Of a DNA stretch of 14,215 bases, positions 7,160 to 14,215 are shown in pieces. This DNA comes from an uncultured Verrucomicrobiales bacterium (GTDB taxonomy: Bacteria; Verrucomicrobiota; Verrucomicrobiia; Verrucomicrobiales; DEV007). Each line of letters begins with the position of its first letter. The first letter of the stretch is position 1. The DNA is taken from positions 1 through 14,215 of the forward strand of contig CALKOM010000090.1 in NCBI GenBank assembly GCA_938091905.1, in the 5' to 3' direction. The notes below the pieces were generated by a model. It saw nothing but the letters and a program-made list of their open reading frames with translations. It had not been told where the DNA came from and made no database searches. A program made the translations under genes and the position numbers.

Positions 7160-8998
7160 TTAAACTGATGGCACGATAATATCGGAGGCGTCGTCGGGAC
7201 GGTCAAGCGTTTCTTTCAAGACCTTCAGTTCACCTAACAAAGCAATCATCTCGGTGGCCTCTAACCCACTGTCTTTCAGTCGTCTCTCAACTTCTCGATA
7301 TCTCCTCTCGACTTCTAGACGTTTGAGGCCCAACCACGCATCATGTGCCGCCCTCAAATGATTTCCATCTGGAGGTTTTATAATCAGTTTAGCCAGTGAG
7401 CTTTCTAAAGGTTTCTGCAATGAGGCTAGGAAATTCCCGACGCTTTTTGGTGTCGTCGGCTCAAAGTTGGCATCAACCAGACATTGAAGAACATCGGCAT
7501 CCGGCAAATATTGAACTTGCTCGAAAGCGGAGAGTTCAGCTTTCAACCATTGCTTGGCTTCCGCATCGATCAAGACCATTTGGCAGAGCAGACGCGAGGA
7601 CACATTCTGAAACTCGTATTCTTCCTTGATTCCCACCTCTTCTTGTCCATGCACCCATTTCGACTGCCGGTCCTTCTGCCGCTGCTGCTTTTTAATGGCC
7701 GAGAAGACACTTCTGCGAAAGGCGTCATTCGATATCCCTAAACGAGAAGCCACATTGTTGATCATCGTGTCCTGCATCAACTTATCACGAATAAGCGCCA
7801 GGTTGTCAGCAAGCTCTCGTGCCAATTCATTCTGTTCCTTCGGTGAATTCAAATCCACGACCTTCGATCGCTGAGCGATTTGGAAGTCGAGGAAATCGGA
7901 AGCTTGGTCGAGCAGCTTCCGGTAAGCGTCGGCGCCATACTGCTTTATGTAGGAGTCCGGATCTTCACCCGGTGGCATTTCCACGGCGCGAACAAACACA
8001 CTGGCTTCAGCCAATGCTTTGAAGGTCCGCTGGGCGGCCTTAAATCCCGCAGTGTCTGCGTCAAAACACACCACAACCTCCTGAGTAAGACGCTTTAGCG
8101 TACGCGCGTGATCCTCGGTGAAAGCGGTTCCCAGCGGCGCCACCATGTTTTCGAAGCCCTGAGAGAAGCACGTGATGAGATCAATCTGCCCTTCGCAAAT
8201 CACAGCTCGGCCAGCTTTCAGGATGGCCCGTTTGCTGCGATGCAGACCAAAGAGCGTCTTACTCTTATGGAATAAATCCGTCTCAGGCGAATTGAGATAC
8301 TTCGCCATGTTCGATTCCGGATCTAACGATCGCCCGCTAAAAGCGATCACCTCTCCGAAATCGTTGCAGACCGGGAACATCAGACGATCGCGGAATCGCC
8401 CCACGATTCTAGGCCTGCCAGTGGGACCTTCGCGCTCCGCGACCAGTCCCGAATCAATCAGCAGGTCGTTTGTGTAACCCATGCTGCGCGCCCACTCAAA
8501 GAACAACCGAGGGTCGCTCGGCGCATACCCAAGTTTCCAATCCTTCGCGATCTCAATGCTGAGCTGTCGCTGTTTTAAATACGCCCGAGCATGTTCAGCA
8601 TGGGGCTTCTTCAACAGGTTCCGGTGAAACCACTTGGCCACTTCCTGATGAACCGTCATCAGTTGCGACCGCTGCTTCAGCTCGCCCGCTCGCTCTGGAG
8701 ACAGCGCTTCCTCAACGACGGGAATCCCCGCTCGCTCTCCAAGCCGTTTGATCGCACTTGGGAAATCGATGCCGTCCCGCTCCATCAGAAATCGCGCCGC
8801 TCCCCCACCCGCACCGCAGCCGAAACAGTAATACATCTGTTTTGACGGACTGACGGTAAAAGAGGGGCTTTTCTCGCTGTGGAAGGGACACAGCGCACTG
8901 TAGTCCATCCCCACTTTCCGCAGAGGGAAATAGGACTGAATTAGATCCACGATATCCGTGCTATTAAGCACTCGCTCTACCGTATCCTCAGAGATCAT
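7160..8998 (-). CDS. dnaG: DNA primase
   Basis: Zn finger CPFH..KSPSF...YYCFGC; RFRDRLMFP, AFSGR, KYLNSPET; TOPRIM motifs EGQID, GTA, FDADTAG and EDPD. Lies directly upstream of rpoD. Confidence 0.99.
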   Translation of the reverse strand: MISEDTVERVLNSTDIVDLIQSYFPLRKVGMDYSALCPFHSEKSPSFTVSPSKQMYYCFGCGAGGGAARFLMERDGIDFPSAIKRLGERAGIPVVEEALSPERAGELKQRSQLMTVHQEVAKWFHRNLLKKPHAEHARAYLKQRQLSIEIAKDWKLGYAPSDPRLFFEWARSMGYTNDLLIDSGLVAEREGPTGRPRIVGRFRDRLMFPVCNDFGEVIAFSGRSLDPESNMAKYLNSPETDLFHKSKTLFGLHRSKRAILKAGRAVICEGQIDLITCFSQGFENMVAPLGTAFTEDHARTLKRLTQEVVVCFDADTAGFKAAQRTFKALAEASVFVRAVEMPPGEDPDSYIKQYGADAYRKLLDQASDFLDFQIAQRSKVVDLNSPKEQNELARELADNLALIRDKLMQDTMINNVASRLGISNDAFRRSVFSAIKKQQRQKDRQSKWVHGQEEVGIKEEYEFQNVSSRLLCQMVLIDAEAKQWLKAELSAFEQVQYLPDADVLQCLVDANFEPTTPKSVGNFLASLQKPLESSLAKLIIKPPDGNHLRAAHDAWLGLKRLEVERRYREVERRLKDSGLEATEMIALLGELKVLKETLDRPDDASDIIVPSV

Positions 8999-9256
8999 AA
9001 CAGAGCAATATTTCCATTACTTGTAATTCCCTCCCATCTTCGCCATACGGCCTCCTTCACCACGCCATCTAACACATCACATTCTGCAAAATAAGTACCT
9101 TGAGAACTAACAGAGCCTAAATCCAACAAGTCCATTGAAGATCCCGACTCGGAAATCTTGCCCTTGAACCAAACGGATCTGAGGTTGGGAGAAATTATCA
9201 TCAGCTGTACTTTCTTTCCTAACTCGGTTGTCCTACACTGACGACTCTTCTTTGAC

Positions 9257-11449
9257 ATGAACTTCTCCATCCGCGCCACGCTTGTACTTCTTGCCCTTGC
9301 AATCAGCAGCGCGGCCCAAAACCCGCTAGCAGAACCACTGCCGAAGCCTCCTATCGGCCTGTCTGGCAAGGAAGTCGTCGTGGTGAACGTCACCAACGGC
9401 CTCGCGAAAAGCAATGCCGAAGAGGCCCTCGAAATCATCGAAGAACTCGACGTCGCGCGAACTGAGGCGGTCATCATTCAGATCCATTGCCTGATGGATA
9501 CGAACTGGGAAGAGATCAATTTGATCATGGGTGGTCTGGGAAATCTGAAGATCCCAAGTTATGCCTTTGTAGACAGCATGGCGGTCGATGCCGGTGCTTT
9601 GCTTTCATTCGCGACGGACAAGATTTACATGGCACCGGCCAGCATCATCGGCGGCAGCCCGATTCTCGGCTCTGGGAACATGAAGGCGAAGCTAGCCTCG
9701 TTCAATCTCGCCACAGCGCGCTCCGTTGCAATGAGTAAGGGACGGGACCCACAACTGGTCGAAGCCATCTGGAATGAAGACCTCGAAATTCGACTGGGAG
9801 ATGAGGTGCTTTCAAAGAAGGGCGAAACCCTCATGGTCGAAGCTCAAGACGCTGTCCGGGTTCACGAGGGCAAGCCCTTCTTGGCAGAGGCACTCGTGGT
9901 CGATGTCCATGCCTTGAAAGAGCATGCAGGCCTAAAAGGAGGCCTAAGATTTACGAATGCCCTTGACCCTAAAACCATTAGTGAAGATTCTGCCTTAAAT
10001 GCCTTAAAAACGAAAGAGGAATCCTATTCAGGAAACGTCGTTGTTATTGAGGTTGGCAAGCGAGATTTGATCAACTCTGCGCGCTTCGATTACATGGGTC
10101 GGGTCCTGGCCAAGGCTGAGCGTGAGAACGCTTCAGCGGTAATCCTTGATTTGAATACGCCCGGCGGACTTGCCTTCCAAACCGGCGAGATCATGATGCG
10201 GTCCTTGGCTAAGATGAGCGTGCCCACTTATGCCTATGTGAATCCGTCAGCCGTATCGGCAGGCGCACTCATTGCACTGGCTACTGATGACATATACATG
10301 AGCCCCGTCAGCGCCATTGGAGCAGCGGCTGTCGTGACGTCACTTGGCGAACTCGACAAGGACATCGAGAAGAAGATCACCTCCATTCTCGTGCCGCTCT
10401 GTCGTTCGGTAGCGCGCAACAATGGACACGACCCGGATTATGCCACCAAATTCATGATTCCTGAAAAAGAGGGGGCTGGTGAGTTGGTCGAAGAAGGGAA
10501 GACCGAAGACGACGAGTCGCTTGTCGTGCAGAAAGAAGAGGATGGCACCTTCAAGCTCAAGGTGAAAGACGAGGACGATGTCGGCTCACTGCTCAGCCTA
10601 GCCGCGCAGGAGGCGCTCAAGCCTTGGCGTGATGCCGAGCCTCTAGCCAAAGGAATCGCCACCTCGATTGAGGACCTGATCAAACAAGAGGATCTTAAGG
10701 GGCAGGTCATCATCGCGAAACCTCTGGGTTTCGAGCTACTCGCTCAGTGGGTCACCAGATTCTCAGCATTGCTTCTGTTAGGGGCTTTCATTGCCGCTCA
10801 GTTCGAACTTCGCATGCCCGGATTCGGCGTGTTTGGGTTCACGGCACTCGGACTATTCGGACTCTTCTTCTTTGGCCACTATGCGGCCGGCAAATTGATC
10901 GGATTCGAGATGGTCGCCTTGTTTCTGCTGGGCGTTGGGTTGATTATTGCCGAGTTCGCTTTCTTCCAAGGCACCCTCGTCGCAGGCTTGCTTGGCTTTG
11001 TCTGTATCCTCGCCTCTCTCATCTACACGATGGCAGACCCGCTTGTGTTGCCTACAGGAGAGATTTCCACCTGGAAGCTCGATGTCGATAGCCTTGGCAC
11101 TTCATTCTGGAATCTCACCTTGGCCCTTGGCGGTGCTATCGGGATCGGCCTCCTCATGGCTCGGTTTCTTCCAGAGAGCAGACTGTTCGATCGACTCGTC
11201 CTACAAACGGCCTCCGCTCCGACAGGAAGTGGTATCGACCATGGACTTGGCGATTCCAGCCAGACCGATTCGCTGGTCGGTAAGACTGGTCAGACACTCA
11301 CGCCGCTACGCCCCTCGGGCACTGCCATGATCGCCGATGAGGCACGTGATGTGGTCACTGACGGCGAGTTCGTCGATGCTCAGGAAACGGTTAAAGTGGC
11401 CGTCGTTGAGGGCTCCAGAATCGTGGTTCGGCCTGTCTCTGAGTCCTAA
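9257..11449 (+). CDS. nfeD: NfeD-family membrane-bound ClpP-class serine protease with a tandemly duplicated N-terminal domain
   Basis: Signal peptide; two ClpP-like domains (AFVDSMAVDAGALLSFATDKIYMAPASIIG and LNTPGG...AYVNPSAVSAGALIALATDDIYMSPVSAIGAA); multi-pass membrane region (ELRMPGFGVFG...); C-terminal OB fold (GKTGQTLTPLRPSG...DVVTDGEF...VEGSRIVV). Confidence 0.92.
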   Translation: MNFSIRATLVLLALAISSAAQNPLAEPLPKPPIGLSGKEVVVVNVTNGLAKSNAEEALEIIEELDVARTEAVIIQIHCLMDTNWEEINLIMGGLGNLKIPSYAFVDSMAVDAGALLSFATDKIYMAPASIIGGSPILGSGNMKAKLASFNLATARSVAMSKGRDPQLVEAIWNEDLEIRLGDEVLSKKGETLMVEAQDAVRVHEGKPFLAEALVVDVHALKEHAGLKGGLRFTNALDPKTISEDSALNALKTKEESYSGNVVVIEVGKRDLINSARFDYMGRVLAKAERENASAVILDLNTPGGLAFQTGEIMMRSLAKMSVPTYAYVNPSAVSAGALIALATDDIYMSPVSAIGAAAVVTSLGELDKDIEKKITSILVPLCRSVARNNGHDPDYATKFMIPEKEGAGELVEEGKTEDDESLVVQKEEDGTFKLKVKDEDDVGSLLSLAAQEALKPWRDAEPLAKGIATSIEDLIKQEDLKGQVIIAKPLGFELLAQWVTRFSALLLLGAFIAAQFELRMPGFGVFGFTALGLFGLFFFGHYAAGKLIGFEMVALFLLGVGLIIAEFAFFQGTLVAGLLGFVCILASLIYTMADPLVLPTGEISTWKLDVDSLGTSFWNLTLALGGAIGIGLLMARFLPESRLFDRLVLQTASAPTGSGIDHGLGDSSQTDSLVGKTGQTLTPLRPSGTAMIADEARDVVTDGEFVDAQETVKVAVVEGSRIVVRPVSES

Positions 11450-11534
11450 ACTGTTAAGTCTACGGGGGATACTTAAGATATACTAATATGTTCACTTTCT
11501 ACTTCCTATTTACGAGAAAGTTCGCATGATAGGC

Positions 11535-11550
11535 ACGCAACATATTGGGA
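11535..11550 (+). promoter_or_regulatory. NrdR box 1
   Basis: ACGCAACATATTGGGA fits the NrdR consensus acaCwAtATaTwGtgt. It is upstream of nrdB and starts 32 bp before box 2. Confidence 0.75.
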
Positions 11551-11566
11551 GCTGATGTGAGACAAG

Positions 11567-11582
11567 GCACAAGATGTAGTGG
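11567..11582 (+). promoter_or_regulatory. NrdR box 2
   Basis: GCACAAGATGTAGTGG has the core CACAAGATGTAGTG, a close match to the NrdR palindrome. The 32-bp tandem spacing (three helical turns) is typical. Confidence 0.85.
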
Positions 11583-11655
11583 TTAACCCTCAATTACCTC
11601 TCAAAATCGCTCAATTTTAAATAATCAATAGTAAACAGACTGATCCCTCTTAATT

Positions 11656-12738
11656 ATGGAGACTACCTTTACCATCGGAAACAAATCCTTCGTTTTAGAC
11701 GAGGACAAAGCGGAGGAAGCCTTCGCTGCCAAACGCGTCATCAACGGTCGCCATACCATGGCGTTCAACCTCCTGCCGTTGAAGTATCAGTGGGCCTACG
11801 ACATCTACCGCAGCATGAAGGCCAACCACTGGGAGCCTGAAGATGTCCCCATGCAGAAAGACATTGAGCAGTGGCAGTCTGATCAACTCTCTGAGCAGGA
11901 GCGCTGGATCATTCGTATGGGCATCGGTTACTTCTCCGCAGCGGAAGGGATCGTCGGTGACAACGTGCTCCACGTGGTTCGCGAAATGGTCACCGCGCCT
12001 GAGCTCAAGCTCGTGTTAGGTCGTCACGCGCACGAAGAGAATATTCATGCGGACAGCCTGCTCTACATGATCAGTTCCTTAGGAATCAATCCGCATGAAT
12101 GTGAGGCCATGTTCGAGCAGATCCCAACGATCCTTCGAAAGAACGAATTCGTGACCAAAGTCTCTCAGAGCTTGCGACGAGAGACAGACCTAACAACGGT
12201 CGAGAACAAGCAGCTCCTGGCCAAGAACATCTTCGTCTTCGGCCAGTGCATGGAAGGCACGCAATTCTACGGTCTCTTTGGAATGATCTTGAGTCTCTAT
12301 CGTCAAAATAAGTTCCCCGGCATCGGGCAGATGTTCCGCTACACCCTCCGTGACGAATCGAATCACATCGAAGTCTTCCGCAATCTCTTCATGGATCTGA
12401 TCGAAGAGAATCAGGAGATCTGGAACGCCGATTTCCGTGAGGAGCTGCGCGAACTCATGCGAGAAGCCGTCCGGCTGGAGAAGGAGTTCATCGAAGATTG
12501 TCTCCCAACCAATGCCGTTGGCCTCAGTTCTGGGGAGTTCACCCAGTACATCGATTACATTGCCGACCGCCGCCTCGTCGGGGTGGGTTTGGAGCCCCTC
12601 AATTCTGGAGTCGAGAATCCCCTTCCTTGGCTGGCCGAACTCATGGACATCAGTAAGGAACAAAACTTCTTTGAAGGTCGCGTTACTGAGTACCAGAAGG
12701 CCTCCGCACTCGAAGCCGTCAGCGATGACGACCTGTAG
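11656..12738 (+). CDS. nrdB: Ribonucleotide reductase beta (R2) subunit with a class Ic-like signature
   Basis: Ferritin-like ligands E97, E128/H131 (EENIH), E200 (MEG..FY) and E234/H237 (RDESNH); ANHW.P motif; C-terminal NFFEGRVTEYQ. The first ligand is Glu and the radical-Tyr position is Leu135. Confidence 0.97.
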   Translation: METTFTIGNKSFVLDEDKAEEAFAAKRVINGRHTMAFNLLPLKYQWAYDIYRSMKANHWEPEDVPMQKDIEQWQSDQLSEQERWIIRMGIGYFSAAEGIVGDNVLHVVREMVTAPELKLVLGRHAHEENIHADSLLYMISSLGINPHECEAMFEQIPTILRKNEFVTKVSQSLRRETDLTTVENKQLLAKNIFVFGQCMEGTQFYGLFGMILSLYRQNKFPGIGQMFRYTLRDESNHIEVFRNLFMDLIEENQEIWNADFREELRELMREAVRLEKEFIEDCLPTNAVGLSSGEFTQYIDYIADRRLVGVGLEPLNSGVENPLPWLAELMDISKEQNFFEGRVTEYQKASALEAVSDDDL

Positions 12739-12893
12739 TTAGGTTACGTGCTTTTTGAAAGTAGTAATCTGCTAGAACGAAGTCTCCAATGACTACCCGA
12801 CAATCGCGTTCCACATTTGTCGCCCCCACTCGCCTGATCCGTTAGACCTTTCCAAAACAACTTACACAAACACTTTCCACCGCGACAATAGTC

Positions 12894-14215
12894 ATGATTA
12901 ACAAAGAATTCGTTGAAAGAGATCTTCAATTGAAGCAGCTCTCCCGCCGCCCTCGGATCGATGACCAACCCCGCTACGACTGGATGGAAGGCCACCTCGA
13001 AGAGGAAGGCACGCATGCAGAAGTGGAATTGGACCTCGATGGAGAACCAATCGTCCTCAATCGACGCGATCTCGCCGACGAATTAGGGCAAGCGCTCACC
13101 GATGTCTTGCAGTCTCAAGACGAGACCGACATCTACAGTCAGAAGAATCGCCTTCTCGTGCGTTCATTAGTGTCTGCGACCATGGACGAGCTCGTAGAGC
13201 ACTCGAAGCGCGTGCAGTCAGGCAATGCCTCCGCCGCTCCTGAGGAGATCTCCCGCTCGATCGAGCGCGCTTTGGTCGGCCAGGACGCCTATGATGTGGC
13301 CAAGAGCTTCATTCAACGGCACCAAGATAAAGACTCCCGCTTCCGTGGTATCAATGGATACCGGCAGACCACGTCAACTAAATTGATCCGTCGCAATGGC
13401 CACGTCGTCCCTTGGAACCCTTCCAAGATCGAGATCGCCATTTGCCGGGCCTTTCTTTCGCTCCAGCTTGACCCGGCCGCTGCTAAGTCCATCGCTGAAG
13501 AGGTCACCCGTGAGATTGAGTCCATTCAACAGGACTTCATCCACATCGAAAAGCTTCAGGACAAAGTTCAAGAGACCCTCATGCGCCTCGGTTACTACAA
13601 GGTCGCCGAGGCCTACATCCTCTACCGCGCGCATCGCAGCGACATGCGCGAACAGATAATTGAGGAAGAAACTGCGATCAGCAATGATCAGCAAGATTCT
13701 CTTATTATCGTCAAGCAAGTCGATGGCGAGACCTACCTTTGGGATGGCAGCGAACTGCGTAAGCGCATCGAGTTTGCCTCCATCGGTTTGGAACTCTGCC
13801 TCACGAGCGATCAGATCGAGAGCGAACTCCGCCGCTCGTTTTACTCTGAAATGCGGGTCGAAGACCTCCGCAAGACGGTTATCCTCAATGCCAAGAGCCT
13901 CATTGAGAAAGATGCTGACTTCTCCAAGTTCGCCGGTCGCATTCTCCTTTCTTACATTTACGAGGAAGTCCTCGGTTGGAGTATCGTCAAGGATGGCATC
14001 GAGAAGCTGAGCGTATTCCATGCCCGCGCCTTCAAAGAGAAGCTCCGCCGTGGTGTCGAGCTGAAACGCATTCATCCACGCATGTTAGAGTTCGATCTTG
14101 ATCGACTCGCCCACGAGTTAGATCCAGTCGCCGACCTCGCATTTGACTACCTTGGTATTCAGACGCTTTACGATCGTTACCTCATAGTCGATAAGCAAAA
14201 GAAGGCCCAGATCCG
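12894..14215 (+). CDS. nrdA: Ribonucleotide reductase alpha (R1) subunit with multiple ATP-cones (partial; runs off the window end)
   Basis: Manual translation from ATG12894 (MINKEFVERDLQLKQL...) is open to the window end. It contains the ATP-cone LIRRNGHVVPWNPSKIEIAI...IHIEKLQDKVQETLMRLGYYKVAEAYILYR and the R1 N-terminal motif DLAFDYLGIQTLYDRYL. Missing from the ORF track because there is no stop codon in the window. Confidence 0.95.
   Translation, partial: MINKEFVERDLQLKQLSRRPRIDDQPRYDWMEGHLEEEGTHAEVELDLDGEPIVLNRRDLADELGQALTDVLQSQDETDIYSQKNRLLVRSLVSATMDELVEHSKRVQSGNASAAPEEISRSIERALVGQDAYDVAKSFIQRHQDKDSRFRGINGYRQTTSTKLIRRNGHVVPWNPSKIEIAICRAFLSLQLDPAAAKSIAEEVTREIESIQQDFIHIEKLQDKVQETLMRLGYYKVAEAYILYRAHRSDMREQIIEEETAISNDQQDSLIIVKQVDGETYLWDGSELRKRIEFASIGLELCLTSDQIESELRRSFYSEMRVEDLRKTVILNAKSLIEKDADFSKFAGRILLSYIYEEVLGWSIVKDGIEKLSVFHARAFKEKLRRGVELKRIHPRMLEFDLDRLAHELDPVADLAFDYLGIQTLYDRYLIVDKQKKAQI

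Noticed and set aside
8172..8200. Primase motif EGQID instead of EGYMD
   Set aside because: The catalytic acidic residues are intact; this is probably ordinary lineage variation.
2070..8845. Many 60-170 aa ORFs overlapping the cyclase, TPR, rpoD and dnaG genes
   Set aside because: Antisense or alternative-frame shadows of well-supported genes, with no motifs.
9991..10010. Short tandem repeat gccttaaat-gccttaaaa in the nfeD inter-domain linker
   Set aside because: Only two 9-bp in-frame copies (ALN-ALK), consistent with chance or local slippage.
11471..11486. Third NrdR-like sequence ACTTAAGATATACTAA
   Set aside because: Lacks the conserved C and G positions of the palindrome.
11695..14075. 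Minus-strand ORFs (92, 157, 90, 70 and 233 aa) and plus-strand ORFs 12437..12742, 13396..13659 and 13660..14010
   Set aside because: Shadows of nrdB and of the real nrdA frame starting at 12894.
1..14215. CRISPR arrays, tRNA/rRNA genes, inteins or introns in the RNR genes
   Set aside because: None seen by eye. Intergenic regions are short, and nrdB and the visible part of nrdA are uninterrupted.

Overview
Bacterial chromosomal window, most likely from a member of the Verrucomicrobiota (PVC superphylum), inferred from the RpoD, NrdA and NrdB sequence style. From left to right: (1) the left end of an IS4-family (IS231-like) element, not in the ORF track, with its terminal inverted repeat, a GGG-N5-CCC target site and a transposase N-terminus running off the window; (2) a secreted alpha/beta-hydrolase split by a 1-nt frameshift and fused to a small beta-sandwich domain; (3) a minus-strand gene string dnaG - rpoD - large exported TPR protein - DACNV-type diadenylate cyclase; (4) a divergent NfeD-family protein with a duplicated ClpP-like domain, the first copy apparently inactive; (5) tandem NrdR boxes followed by nrdB-nrdA. 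NrdB has the class Ic (Mn/Fe, no tyrosyl radical) signature. NrdA has several ATP-cones, is missing from the ORF track and is truncated by the window end. Most of the window is core genome. I cannot claim a wholly new system. The best leads are the diadenylate cyclase appended to the dnaG-rpoD string, the double-domain NfeD without a neighbouring SPFH gene, and the class Ic RNR with Leu at the radical position.
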